From: an uncultured Chloroflexia bacterium
GTDB lineage: Bacteria; Chloroflexota; Dehalococcoidia; DSTF01; JALHUB01
Length of the DNA: 64,000 bases
Reading direction: 5' to 3'
Assembly: GCA_963703345.1 (NCBI GenBank)
Contig: OY969814.1
Span: forward strand, 1,216,001 to 1,280,000
Part shown: positions 22,051-32,606 of the stretch, one piece after another
How the letters are laid out: each line of letters starts with the position of its first letter
How positions within the stretch are numbered: position 1 is the first letter of the stretch
Notes under the pieces: model-generated
What the model saw: only the letters and a program-made list of their open reading frames with translations
The model's database searches: none
Told to the model about the DNA's origin: nothing
Position numbers and translations under genes: made by a program

Positions 22051-23418
22051 ATGAAGAGGTTACTCAAGCATTGGCCGTTGTTCTCACTAGGGGTTTTCGC
22101 CGTCGTCGCGCTCTCCGTGGCGGCCTGCGGCGGAAGCAGCAACGACAACGTCACCGCCACCCCGAAGGCGGGAGCATCGCCGGCACCGGCCGAAACGATA
22201 GTCCCCATCCCTGCCGGTGTCGAGACGAACGGAGTCACTGACACGGAGATCAAGATCGGTACCCTTCTTCCCATGAGCAATACGACTGCGGCTGCTTGGG
22301 GCGTACCCCTGAGTAACGGAATGAAGGCCTACTTCAGCTACATCAATGATAACGGCGGCATCTACGGTCGGAAGCTGACGCTGGACCTCGGCGACAGCCA
22401 GTACGTTGGGCCGGTGTCCAGCGAGGCCGCGCGCAAGCTCGTCGAGCAGGACAAGGTATTCGCCATGATGGGAGGTCTGGGAACGGAGTCCCAAGCTGCC
22501 GTCTACCAGTACCTGCAGGAACAAGCTGTCCCCGACATGTTCCTCCTCACCGGCGAGACCATGTTTACGGAGCCGATTGCCTCGACACGCTTTGCCTTCC
22601 TCGTCGACTACTTGGATGAGGGCCGGATCCTCGGCCAGTACATCGGCAAGACCTACCCTGGCAAGAAGCTCGGCATCCTCGCTCAGAACGACGACTTCGG
22701 GAAAGAGGGGGAGCAGGGCATCAAGCTTGGCGTCGAAGGCGCCAACATGACGATAGCCGACACGCAGTACTACGACGCGACCCAGACTGACGTTACGGCG
22801 CAGATGCAGCGCTTGAAGGCGGATAACGTTGACGTCGTCGGCTTCTACGGGATGCCGGCGCAGGCGGCCGGCGGGATCAATACCGCGCGCACGACGTTGA
22901 GTTGGAATGTGCCGTTCGTCATTACCGGTGTGGACGCAGCCCAGATCGTCGGCGCGCTCGCCGGCTACGCCAACATCGAGGGAACAGTGACCGTTTCGTT
23001 CGGCCATCAGTCCGACGAAACCGACGTCCCGGGCGTCGTCCAGTACCAGGAGGCCCTAGCCAAGTACACGAGCGCAAAGCCCGACAGCATAAGCCTTAGC
23101 GGCTACGCCGTCGCGGAGGCCATGGTGCGCGTGCTCATACAGGCCGGACCCAACCTGACGCGTAGCAACTTCTTGGCCGCAGCGGAGACGATCTGCAAGT
23201 TCAACGCCTCTACGGGCATCGCGCCCATAAGCTTGTCCCCCACGGATCACAGGTGGAACCAGCAGGAGATATTCGTGAAAGCCACCGGGACGACAGCGGA
23301 TACGTTCAGTTGGAAGCCCTTCGGGGACGTGATCGCGTTCGATTCCACGAAGAACTGCACGCCCGTGACGCCTCCACCTGACGCCACCAAGCAGCCGCAC
23401 ACAGGAACAGGAGGATAG
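22051..23418 (+). CDS. ABC substrate-binding lipoprotein (paralogue 6)
   Basis: Lipobox VAAC; closest to paralogues 1 and 2. Confidence 0.9.
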   Translation: MKRLLKHWPLFSLGVFAVVALSVAACGGSSNDNVTATPKAGASPAPAETIVPIPAGVETNGVTDTEIKIGTLLPMSNTTAAAWGVPLSNGMKAYFSYINDNGGIYGRKLTLDLGDSQYVGPVSSEAARKLVEQDKVFAMMGGLGTESQAAVYQYLQEQAVPDMFLLTGETMFTEPIASTRFAFLVDYLDEGRILGQYIGKTYPGKKLGILAQNDDFGKEGEQGIKLGVEGANMTIADTQYYDATQTDVTAQMQRLKADNVDVVGFYGMPAQAAGGINTARTTLSWNVPFVITGVDAAQIVGALAGYANIEGTVTVSFGHQSDETDVPGVVQYQEALAKYTSAKPDSISLSGYAVAEAMVRVLIQAGPNLTRSNFLAAAETICKFNASTGIAPISLSPTDHRWNQQEIFVKATGTTADTFSWKPFGDVIAFDSTKNCTPVTPPPDATKQPHTGTGG

Positions 23419-23464
23419 TAAGGCAACACTACAATCGTCCTGGCGGTATCGCCGACGGGAGGGG

Positions 23465-23896
23465 GTGGCGGCCGCCATGGTGTTGGGCGCAGAGGGCGTG
23501 ATGATGGCCTCGCGGTTCATAGCCACGACGGAGTGTCTCGTGCACGAGCGTGTCAAGGAGGAACTGGTCCAGCGGCAGGAGAACGACACCGTCATGATTT
23601 GCCGGAGCATCAATCTCCAGATGCGGGCGCTCAGGAACCCACAAGTCGAGAAGGTGCTCGAAGTCGAAGCTCGAAGAGGGGGCCTGGAAGAGATCATCCC
23701 CCTGATTGCCGGCAAGCGTCAAAGCGCTGGCTGGGAAACCGGCGACGTTGAATGTAGCCCTTTCCCCGTGGGACAGTCCATCGGGCTGATTGAGGACGTC
23801 GCACGCTGCGAGGAACTGCTATGGAGGATGATGCGAGAGGCAGGCGAGATACTGGCGCGAGTGCAGGAACGGTTCGTCGGAGATCCCGCGTCATAG
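23465..23896 (+). pseudogene. C-terminal fragment of nitronate monooxygenase/FabK-like flavoenzyme
   Basis: AAAMVLGAEGVMMASRFIATTEC and GQSIGLIEDV; N-terminal half missing. Confidence 0.7.
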
Positions 23897-23967
23897 CGCC
23901 GGCCCGCATTTCCCTCCGCAAACGATAGAGCCGAGCGCTGGTGGGCAGCCGGCCTGATTCACCCGCC

Positions 23968-25665
23968 CTAGGGGTTCATCTCGTAGGCGCCCTTGAGGGC
24001 GTATACATGGTCGCGCCACACGCGCGCATAGCGCTCGTCGTCCACCACCGGCTTCCGAATCATCTTCATGCAATAGGCCGACTGCTCCGGGTTGCACCTC
24101 GGCTTGCTGTAGAGCTGCAGCGCGAATTTCGAGAAGTCCCGCACGAAGCAATCGAACATCTGGTCAACGATGTCGGCCGGCACATCATCGATGCGTGCAT
24201 TCTCCAGGATGAGTTGCCCATAGGCAACCAGCGTGAATAGCTCGCCGACGGCCAGAAGGAAGTCCGTGTCGCGACTCTGGCTCTCGTCAATAGGTGCTGA
24301 GGCGAGCATCTCCGCGAATACGGCAGTCTGCTCACGGAAGGTGTTCACGTTGGGCAGGTCCCAGTCGCTGTAGACCAGGTTGTAGTCGTGGAACTGGATC
24401 TCGCCCATGCCTTTCGTCGGGCCCTGCCGAAACAAATAGTGGTCGTGTTTCGGTTCCGATCGCCGACCGATGCCGGCGTATTCGGCCGGGTTGAAGAAAT
24501 AGTTGTTCATGAACTTCAGGATGAGGGCGATGTTCACGTGGACTGTTCCCTCAAGCTTCGGCAGGCCGCGGATCTCGCTCGTAGCGGTCTCAAAGTACAT
24601 ATCCTTCTCGAAACCCTTCGCCGCGATCACATCCCAGAGCAGGTTGATGACATCTTCACCCTGCGTCGTCACCTTCATCTTCACCAGGGAATTGAACAGC
24701 AAATAGCGCCTGTCGTTCGGCGAAGCGACTCGCATGTAGTCGGCAGCCCGAAGCGTGAACAGCTTCATCGCTATCAGACGGGCATAGGCGTCGGTGAATA
24801 TCTGCTTGACGTGCGGGAAATCTGTGACGTACTGGCCATAGAGACGACGGTTGGCGGCATGGTTGATTGCCTCATACAGGGCATGTGTCGAGATCCCGAT
24901 AGACGCCGCACCCAGGTTGAACTTGCAGATGTTGACGGTGTTGAGGGCGGCGTCCCACGCCTCCCGCCCTCTCGACAATATGTCCGCATTGTTTATCGGG
25001 TAGTCCTGCAAGGCGAATGCCGAGACGTATTGTTGGGAGTCGACAACGTTGCCCAGTAGGTCGAAGTTGGGATTCGCGGAATCGGCCGCGAAAAACACGT
25101 ATTCCCCACTATCCGCCATCTTCCCGAAGGTCGAAATCATTCGAGCGACGTTTCCGTTGCCGATGTAGTACTTCTCTCCGTTTGCCCTGTAGCTCCCGTC
25201 GGGCTGAGGTGTGAGAGTCATCTCCGTTGAGTAGATATCCGCGCCGTGCTGGCGCTCGGACAGGCCATATGCGAATATCGCTCCGTCATCTAGAAGCTGC
25301 GCGGCGCGGCGCTTCGCTTCCTGGTTCCCGCTCATCCAGATCGGGCCGAGGCCAAGTGTGGTGACCTGCCAGGTGTACCAGTAGGGAAGTCCGTAGAATG
25401 CCAGAATCTCGTTGAAATCGACGTTGCGGAACGTGTCCCAGCGCGAGTTCGCGTCCCCGTACTCAGGAGGGGTGAGCAACGTGGCGAAGATCTTCTCGTT
25501 CTTGATGAAGTTGAGGAAGTCATCGTACCAGACCCGCTGGTGAGCGTCCTCCAGGAGACGCTTCTTCCCCTTCTTCTCGAAGAAGTCGATTGTGCTGGCC
25601 ATAACCTCCAGCGACCGCTCGTCGGGATAGCGTGGGCTAAGTTTCTTCGGGTTCAACAAAATCAT
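23968..25665 (-). CDS. Acyl-CoA dehydrogenase
   Basis: AYGLSERQHGAD, NGEKYYIGNG and PKLEGT motifs. Confidence 0.9.
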   Translation of the reverse strand: MILLNPKKLSPRYPDERSLEVMASTIDFFEKKGKKRLLEDAHQRVWYDDFLNFIKNEKIFATLLTPPEYGDANSRWDTFRNVDFNEILAFYGLPYWYTWQVTTLGLGPIWMSGNQEAKRRAAQLLDDGAIFAYGLSERQHGADIYSTEMTLTPQPDGSYRANGEKYYIGNGNVARMISTFGKMADSGEYVFFAADSANPNFDLLGNVVDSQQYVSAFALQDYPINNADILSRGREAWDAALNTVNICKFNLGAASIGISTHALYEAINHAANRRLYGQYVTDFPHVKQIFTDAYARLIAMKLFTLRAADYMRVASPNDRRYLLFNSLVKMKVTTQGEDVINLLWDVIAAKGFEKDMYFETATSEIRGLPKLEGTVHVNIALILKFMNNYFFNPAEYAGIGRRSEPKHDHYLFRQGPTKGMGEIQFHDYNLVYSDWDLPNVNTFREQTAVFAEMLASAPIDESQSRDTDFLLAVGELFTLVAYGQLILENARIDDVPADIVDQMFDCFVRDFSKFALQLYSKPRCNPEQSAYCMKMIRKPVVDDERYARVWRDHVYALKGAYEMNP

Positions 25666-25948
25666 TCCTGGCTTTCCTTTCTAGCGGCCTTCGGCTGGCC
25701 CTTTGCTCCGGGAGTACTGAGCGCTCTGCCGACGCGCTATTTTACTGTGGCCGCTCCTCAAGCAGCAATCTCACCGGACGTGGAGTGCGAGAGCTCGTGC
25801 GTATCTCGTCTCAGGGCTCGAACCGGCGACCCTATCTGAAAGGGGATGGACACAATGAGGTCATTGTGCGCGGTCTGGACGCTGATGGCTTCTGTCGGGC
25901 TCCGGGTGATATGGGGCGACGAGCGGTACCTCGTATGATGAGGATGGC

Positions 25949-27115
25949 CTAGAGTTGGGCCCTTTGGCTGAAGCGCCTGCCGAAGAGCATACTCGCCATA
26001 GTGATTCTGAGCATTTGGACGGTGCCGCCGGCGACCCTCCAGGCAAGGGCATCTCGATGCATCCGCTCCAGGGGGAACTCCTTGCTGTAGCCGTATCCCC
26101 CGAGGACCTGCATAGCAGTGCTCGTGACCTCGGCTGCCATCTCATTAGCAAAACACTTGCCCATTGCGGCCTCGTAGATCGACGGGAAGTCCTGGCCGGC
26201 GCCACTGGCGGCTCGAAAGACCAACAGGCGCGCCGCGTCCAGCCTCATGGACATATCGACGATCATAGACTGTACGCTCTGGAACTCGCATATGGGCCTG
26301 CCAAAGGCCCTCCGCTCCATGGCGTAGGCTTTGGCCTCTTCGAGAGCTCCGCCAGCCACCCCCAGGCACATCGCCGCATTTCCGCAGCGTTCGAGATCGA
26401 ACGTCGTCATCAAGCTCTTGAACTCTCCGGCGCCGATGACCACACTGTCTCTTGCCAGCCTGGCATCGTCGAAGATCAAGTCACACGAAGCCATGCCGCG
26501 AAGTCCCATGAACTGCTCTTGCTCTCCGAAACTGAAACCGGGCGTCCCCCTCTCAACGACGACGGCTCCAACGCCTCGCGAGCCGGGAACGCTGCCGAAT
26601 CTGCAGTAGACTAGATAGTGGGTCGCCTCCCCACCCCCGGAAATGAAGATCTTGCGTCCGTTCAACAGATAGCCGTCGCCGTCTTCTACGACTCTTGTCG
26701 ACAGGGAGGTGAGGTCCGATCCCGCTTCCGGTTCGGTCATACCGACCGAGACACTCATGGTACCCTTGCACACGCCGGGTATGATGCTGCTCTTTTGCTG
26801 GAGGGTGCCGAAGCGGTCGATGACCTTGACAGGGCCGATGTTCGACTCGAATACGGGCGTGGCTATCACCGGGCTGAACTTCGCGAGCTCCTCGATCGCC
26901 AGTATAGCGTTGATCCCGGGCTGACCTCCGCCGCCGAACTCCGGCGATAGGGTCATGCCCAAGAGACCCAGATCGGCGTACTTCTGTGCCAGATACCTGG
27001 GGAACTCGGACGTCCTGTCGATTTCGGCGGCAAGCGCCCTGAGGTCTTCCCGCTTGCCTAGATCACGTAGTGTGTCGACAAGGATGCGTTGTTCTTCGCT
27101 CAGATCGAAGTCCAT
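25949..27115 (-). CDS. Acyl-CoA dehydrogenase
   Basis: Start MDFDLSEEQ after GGAGG; MTEPEAGSD, NGRKIFISG and QVLGGYGY motifs. Confidence 0.9.
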   Translation of the reverse strand: MDFDLSEEQRILVDTLRDLGKREDLRALAAEIDRTSEFPRYLAQKYADLGLLGMTLSPEFGGGGQPGINAILAIEELAKFSPVIATPVFESNIGPVKVIDRFGTLQQKSSIIPGVCKGTMSVSVGMTEPEAGSDLTSLSTRVVEDGDGYLLNGRKIFISGGGEATHYLVYCRFGSVPGSRGVGAVVVERGTPGFSFGEQEQFMGLRGMASCDLIFDDARLARDSVVIGAGEFKSLMTTFDLERCGNAAMCLGVAGGALEEAKAYAMERRAFGRPICEFQSVQSMIVDMSMRLDAARLLVFRAASGAGQDFPSIYEAAMGKCFANEMAAEVTSTAMQVLGGYGYSKEFPLERMHRDALAWRVAGGTVQMLRITMASMLFGRRFSQRAQL

Positions 27116-27212
27116 AGTCCCTCCCTGGCTGGAGCTTAACAGTACATCGAAGATCCGGTTCTGTGCACCCCGTCGCATCTCGGACGCAAGGGCCCAGACA
27201 GAACCACCACGC

Positions 27213-27428
27213 TCACTCTGGAGAGAGAGGAGCTGAGAGCTCAAGTGCTGCCAGGAATTCGAGGAGCTCCTGGTTGACCTCGGAGGGACGCTCCTGCTGC
27301 GTCCAATGACCGCAACCTGGGAGCATCACTACCTTTCGCAGGTTTGGCACGTCCGTCCTCATCGCATCCATTCTTGTGAAGCCGAGCACGGGGTCACCGT
27401 CGCCTGCGATGAAGAGAGCCGGTTGCAA
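27213..27428 (-). pseudogene. C-terminal fragment of alpha/beta (epoxide) hydrolase
   Basis: PALFIAGDGDPV...GCGHWTQQERPSEVN; N-terminus missing. Confidence 0.7.
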
Positions 27429-27437
27429 GAGTTTGTA

Positions 27438-28451
27438 TCAAGCCACCAGATTGGCCTGTTTCATCCATTTCCGGATACGCTTCTTGGCTTCATCGTAGGG
27501 TATTCTTGTTTTCCACCCAAGCTCGCGCCGGGCCTTTGATGTGTCCAGATCATTGTTGCGACCCATCATTGCCACGTTATGGCGGGTAAGTGAGCTCTTC
27601 AAGCCGAAAATGGGAAACGCTCCTCCGATCAGGCCCGCCAGTGGCCATGCCACACCGAAGGGAATTGACAAGAACGTCGTCCTGGTGATCGGCTTCCCCG
27701 TGAATTCGGCGATATCCGAGAAGTACTGCCGGAAAGTGATGTCATAATCATCCATGATGTGATAGGTCTGACCCTTGGCCTCCTCTTTCGTTCCCGCCAG
27801 GAAGAACGCGTCCACAAGGTTTTCCACGTATACCAGACTCGCACTCCACCTTCCACCATCGATGAGCGGGAAGAAGGGTTTCTTCAGAGTTTCTACCGCA
27901 TCACGAACCCAGACGCTCCCCGGGCCGATCACATTGGTCGGACGTATGACGGTACCGATGATCTTTCCGTCTCGATGGTACTGCCAAAGCAGTCTCTCCG
28001 CGTCCAGTTTCGCATCCCCGTAGAATATGCCGGCCTTTCGCGTCGGATCCGTCTCGCGGTGACCGTTGAGATGCTTCCGTCCTAACCCGATGGCCACCAC
28101 TGAACTGGCAAGAACGAACCGCCGGCCGCTGCCGGAAGATTCCTCGAGCAGATGCTTCGAAGCCTCGTAGATGGCATCATAGAAGTCTTTTCGGGTACCC
28201 CAGTATGTCACACGGGCCGCCAGATGATACACTGTTTCGACGCCGTCGCAGATCCCGCGGATGGAACCCGGCTTGGTCAGGTCGCCCCTGACAATGCTGC
28301 ATCCCATTCTCTCTAAGTGATCCGCACTTTCCCCCGGCATGGCCAGGGCTCTTATGGAAAAACCTTCATCGATAAGCCTTTCGCACAGGAATCCGCCGAT
28401 GAACCCGCCCGCGCCGGTGACAAGAGTCGTCTTCCTTTGGTTCCCCGTCAC
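27438..28451 (-). CDS. NAD-dependent epimerase/dehydratase (3-beta-HSD-like extended SDR)
   Basis: LVTGAGGFIGG, HLAA and YGDAK motifs. Confidence 0.88.
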   Translation of the reverse strand: MTGNQRKTTLVTGAGGFIGGFLCERLIDEGFSIRALAMPGESADHLERMGCSIVRGDLTKPGSIRGICDGVETVYHLAARVTYWGTRKDFYDAIYEASKHLLEESSGSGRRFVLASSVVAIGLGRKHLNGHRETDPTRKAGIFYGDAKLDAERLLWQYHRDGKIIGTVIRPTNVIGPGSVWVRDAVETLKKPFFPLIDGGRWSASLVYVENLVDAFFLAGTKEEAKGQTYHIMDDYDITFRQYFSDIAEFTGKPITRTTFLSIPFGVAWPLAGLIGGAFPIFGLKSSLTRHNVAMMGRNNDLDTSKARRELGWKTRIPYDEAKKRIRKWMKQANLVA

Positions 28452-29317
28452 GACCGTTCTCCCAGGAGCTCCCGCTGTCTCCTGTAGAATTCCACCTCCT
28501 GTTCATATTGATAAGGGAGGGCCGGAGATTTCCAAGCGGCCACCGGCTTTCCGGGGTTCAATTTGGTTTGCAGGTAGTCGGAAGTCATTATGCTGAAGGG
28601 CTTGGCTGTATCCAGCCCCAACGCGCGGATGTTCTCCGCCAGGCGATGCTTGGTGGGCGCGACTTTGACCTTGATCTGCTTGCACCGGCAGTGCTTGACT
28701 TTGCCATGCGCTTCCACCACTGTTCTTAGAATCGAATCCTTGCAGTCGCTGAATGTTATCATGTCGAATGGCCTGGCCGAGAAGCCCCGACCAGTCTCCC
28801 CTTCCACGTCTACGATCGGCTCTTCTGAATCCGGATCCAGCACGCTGAACTTGAAATGGCTGCCGGAAAGTTGGTTCGGTATCCGGGTTAGGAACTTCGG
28901 GTAGCCCCAGATTTCCCGTCCCGCGGCCCTAGCTTCGGGGATAGTCACCACCATCTCCACGACGTATACCCCCATGTTCTTCCACCGTTTCTCGCTCTTG
29001 GCAAACAGGAGCTTGAGAGACGGCAGCGACGGCCGCCCCAGCGCCTCGGGGTACACGCTGACGGACAGTACAACCTCGTCATAGGCTGTCAGGCTCACCT
29101 CCTGGTAATTGAAGAACGTCAGCGAGGTGAGGACCTTCCCGTTGAAGAAACGGACCGGCAGCAATCCGGTCTCCTTCAGGACCGGAAGCACGCGGTTATA
29201 CTCGACGAAGTAGTTTATGGTCCGCATCGCTAGCCTCTGGTAGAACACCGGGAGCTGGACCACGCCGGATGACGTAGTGTAGTCGGTCTGTGGAACGTCG
29301 AAGAAATCGCTTCTCAT
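28448..29317 (-). CDS. Acetoacetate decarboxylase-like family protein
   Basis: YDEVVL and AGREIWGYPK motifs. Confidence 0.8.
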   Translation of the reverse strand: MRSDFFDVPQTDYTTSSGVVQLPVFYQRLAMRTINYFVEYNRVLPVLKETGLLPVRFFNGKVLTSLTFFNYQEVSLTAYDEVVLSVSVYPEALGRPSLPSLKLLFAKSEKRWKNMGVYVVEMVVTIPEARAAGREIWGYPKFLTRIPNQLSGSHFKFSVLDPDSEEPIVDVEGETGRGFSARPFDMITFSDCKDSILRTVVEAHGKVKHCRCKQIKVKVAPTKHRLAENIRALGLDTAKPFSIMTSDYLQTKLNPGKPVAAWKSPALPYQYEQEVEFYRRQRELLGERS

Positions 29318-29759
29318 AGGGAACCTCCCTGTGGTTGTCTAGTATGAGGTGTTCCTCATCGTAACTGACGATCTCCGACCCTGTGGGTCCCAAGAATCTC
29401 ACCTGTATCTGCGGCAGTCAAGTGGCCGCCACTCCTACTCGTGATGGAGACTTCCCAAGAACGAACCGAGCAACAGTGCCAGCCGCTTTCCGACGGGAGA
29501 TGCAGTCCTCTGCTTTGGAGCAGTACTCCCTCGAAACAACGGATACTGAAACCGCGAAGGACACGGTGGATGTCAAGATGCAACGCCAAACGAGCACGTG
29601 GCCTCCGACTGCTGAGGCGTTCGTTGAGATACTCCGCCAGGCTCGTGATGGTGGAACCTCCTGTCTTCACTGGAAGCAAATCAAAGAGCGCTTTGGGCGC
29701 GAGAGGCTACCATCCCGACAGAGTGCACGATGTTCGTCGCTACGTGGCCGGTTGGGATG

Positions 29760-29890
29760 GACCGTGCGGCGCGCCTTCGAGCAGTACGCTGGAGGCAACC
29801 GCTCGATGCTGGAGATAGCTGACGAGCTGAATGCCGCGGGTTTTCGTCCCCGGTCAAAGCGCGGTCGGCTCGTATTCTCCAAAGCCACCG
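29760..29890 (+). pseudogene. Remnant of a large serine recombinase (recombinase domain)
   Basis: VRRAFEQYAGGNRSMLEIADELNAAGFRPRSKRG resembles the recombinase-domain helix motif; lies beside the tRNA-Asp 3' end. Confidence 0.55.
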
Positions 29891-29955
29891 AGCGCGGCAC
29901 GCTGTTGTTCACGGCAGTTGCAGAAGAGGAAGGCGGGCTGATCAGTGTTTGCGGC

Positions 29956-30032
29956 TGGCGACCCCGAGGGGATTCGAACCCCCGATCTCCACCGTGACAG
30001 GGTGGCATGTTAGTCCGCTACACCACGGGGCC
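29956..30032 (-). tRNA. tRNA-Asp(GTC)
   Basis: Full cloverleaf, anticodon arm CCACC-CTGTCAC-GGTGG, CCA end; upstream TTGACA-18-TACAAT at 30066-30095. Confidence 0.95.
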
Positions 30033-30112
30033 GCTCACTTGGTCGCTGGCTTCCCAGCGAGGTTCATTGTAGGGGCGCGCGAAGCCTCCTGTCAACCGAA
30101 GAAGCGTCGCCC

Positions 30113-30877
30113 CTACGCCGACTGCCCTCCATCCAGTACTATCGTCTGGCCGGTCACGTAGCTTGAGGCGTCCGAGGCCAGCCACACGCATACTCCCGCC
30201 ATCTCTTCCGCTCGCCCGATGCGACCGAGCGGCGTCTGCGACAGCGTTCGCTGCAGGATCGCCTCATTCTCCCACAGCGCCTGCGCGAATTTCGTCTGGA
30301 TGACGCCCGGGGCGATCGCGTTCACCCGTATCCCCTGTGGCGCCAGTTCCTGCGCCAGGACTTGAGTTAACATAATCACGCCGGCCTTGCTGATCGAGTA
30401 GCAGCCCAGTCCCGGCGACGCCCGCCTGCCGCCGACCGACGCCACGTTGATGATATTGCCCGACTTCCGCTCGATCATCCCTTTCGCCACCGACTGGGCC
30501 AGGAGGAAGTAGCCCTTCAGGTTTACGGTCATGATCTGGTCCCACGTCCGCTCCTCGATGTCGACCAGCGGCCCGAAGTAGGGGTTGGTGCCGGCGTTGT
30601 TCACCAGGATGTCGATCTTGCCGAACTGGTCGAGCGTTGCCTGCACCAGCTTGTCGATGTCCTCGCGATTACGCATGTGGGTAGCGATGGCGGCAGCCTT
30701 TCGGCCCAGCGCCCGGACTTCGCCGGCGACGACGTCCAAATCCTCCTGCTTACGGCTCGCCACGACGACGTCCGCTCCGTAGCTCGCCAGCCCCAGCGCA
30801 ATCGCCCGCCCGATGCCGCGCGACCCGCCGGTTACGACCGCCACCCTGTCGGTAAGATCAAACGATGGCTCTGTCAT
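30113..30877 (-). CDS. SDR family oxidoreductase
   Basis: TGGSRGIG, NNAG and YSISK motifs. Confidence 0.92.
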   Translation of the reverse strand: MTEPSFDLTDRVAVVTGGSRGIGRAIALGLASYGADVVVASRKQEDLDVVAGEVRALGRKAAAIATHMRNREDIDKLVQATLDQFGKIDILVNNAGTNPYFGPLVDIEERTWDQIMTVNLKGYFLLAQSVAKGMIERKSGNIINVASVGGRRASPGLGCYSISKAGVIMLTQVLAQELAPQGIRVNAIAPGVIQTKFAQALWENEAILQRTLSQTPLGRIGRAEEMAGVCVWLASDASSYVTGQTIVLDGGQSA

Positions 30878-30899
30878 CTCCGTCTCCTCTCTTCGGCGA

Positions 30900-32351
30900 T
30901 CACGCCGTCGCCGACGCCTTCTCGTAGTAGGTCACGACGTTCGCCACCGCCCTCGCGACCCGGTCCAGGCTGGGCAGCGTTAGGATACCGAGCTCCCGAT
31001 AGCGGTCGCGCGCCCGTCGTCGGCCGGCCTCCGCGTCTGCCATCTCCACCTCCTCGCCGCCCACCGGCAGGACGATGACGACCGGCTTGCCGAACTTGTC
31101 TCGCACTGCGGCCGGCACGTTGACGAGCGCCCGCACGACCTCGTCCGGATTCGGCATCGGGAAGTGGCCGCCCAGCAGGTAGAAAAGCGGCTGGGTCGCG
31201 ATGACCGTATCGACGCTCTCCTGCGCCGCGACGGCTTCGAGCACGCTCTGGAAGACCGGTGGCGGCACCAGCGGCACGCCCACGTCGACCGGGTTGCGCA
31301 TCATCGTCCCCGCGATAGGCAGGAGCTCCAGCAATTGCCGTCGCATGGCCTCATCGAAGGGCGGCACCTCCAGGCCGACGGCCGCGCAGGCGTCCGTAGC
31401 CGCGACGCTCGTACCGCCGCCGCCGCCGACCATGCCGATGCGTCGTCCCGTCTCCCGAGGCAGAATCAGCAGGGCTTCCGCCGTGTCCGCCATCTCTTCG
31501 AGGCTGTTCGCGCGTATCGCCGCCGTCTGCTGGAAGAGCGCCCGCCAGACCTGCTCCTCGCCGCCCAGCGAGCCCGTGTGCGAGCGCACCGCCCTCGACC
31601 CGGCCTCGGTCAGCCCTGCCTTCCAGATGACGACGGGCTTCTTCGGCGCCGTCTGCTTCACCAGCTCGAAGAAGCGGCGGCCCTCGCGCGGGCCCTCCAG
31701 GTACATCGTGATTACCTTTGTCTCGGGGTCGTTCGCCATGTACTCCAGCAGGTCCGATTCGTTGACGTCGCAGGCGTTGCCGTAGCTCACCGCGACGCTA
31801 AAGCGCAGTCCGCGTCCCTTCGCCTGGCGGCCCAGCTCGACTGCGTGACCGCCGCTCTGAGAGATGAAGCCGACCGGCCCGCTCTCTTTCGGAAAGTCGC
31901 CGCCGGGCAGGAGGGTGTGGCCCGATGCCGGACAGTACACGCCGAAGCAGTTGGGCCCGATGACGCGTATCCCCTGCGCCGCGATGCGCTTGACCTCCTG
32001 CTCCAGCGCCGCCCTCTCCGGATCGCCGGTCTCCGAGAAGCCGGAGCTGTAGATCTGCGCGCCTCTCACGCCCTTCGCCAGGCATTCGCGGAGGACCTGC
32101 GGCACCAGAGGCGCCGGCACCATGATGTCTGCGGAGTCGACGGGCTCTGGGATGTCGGCGACGGTCGGGTAGATTGGCAGGCCGAAGACTTCGCCGCCGC
32201 TGGGATTGACGGGGAAGAGCTTTCCTTTGAAGCCGAAGTCGAGCAGCGCCTTGAGGAAGCGGCCGCCGAAGGCGTTGCTGTCGGCGGAGGCGCCGATAAC
32301 GGCGAGGGTTCGCGGGAAGAAGATGGCGTCGAGCTGGGAGGACCTGTTCAT
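30900..32351 (-). CDS. Acyl-CoA synthetase (ADP-forming), alpha/CoA-binding subunit
   Basis: AVIGAS, IGPNCFG, FISQSGG and SHTGSL (phospho-His) motifs. Confidence 0.88.
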   Translation of the reverse strand: MNRSSQLDAIFFPRTLAVIGASADSNAFGGRFLKALLDFGFKGKLFPVNPSGGEVFGLPIYPTVADIPEPVDSADIMVPAPLVPQVLRECLAKGVRGAQIYSSGFSETGDPERAALEQEVKRIAAQGIRVIGPNCFGVYCPASGHTLLPGGDFPKESGPVGFISQSGGHAVELGRQAKGRGLRFSVAVSYGNACDVNESDLLEYMANDPETKVITMYLEGPREGRRFFELVKQTAPKKPVVIWKAGLTEAGSRAVRSHTGSLGGEEQVWRALFQQTAAIRANSLEEMADTAEALLILPRETGRRIGMVGGGGGTSVAATDACAAVGLEVPPFDEAMRRQLLELLPIAGTMMRNPVDVGVPLVPPPVFQSVLEAVAAQESVDTVIATQPLFYLLGGHFPMPNPDEVVRALVNVPAAVRDKFGKPVVIVLPVGGEEVEMADAEAGRRRARDRYRELGILTLPSLDRVARAVANVVTYYEKASATA

Positions 32352-32606
32352 GCTGCCCTTTCGAGTCTGACGCGAGGCACAGTCGCTCGCGCTCGTCGAG
32401 GTCGAGCAGCGTCAGTATAGTGTACCCGCCGTTTCGAAGAAACGAAGTGGCGCTGGCATCCGGACGGCCGGTACCTCTATCGAGACGCCGTGCCTTCACT
32501 CGTTCTTCACATAACGGCCGCTTAACTCACGCGCTTTTCACGTCGCGGCGGTACGTTAAGCTGTTGCCGGTAGAGAGAATGGCCGGCGCAGAAAGAGGTA
32601 AAGGAA

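Larger units (their letters stand above)
18485..29971. mobile_element. Degenerate genomic island integrated at tRNA-Asp
   Basis: Flanking 16-bp direct repeat, a recombinase remnant next to the tRNA and several truncated genes inside. Confidence 0.55.
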
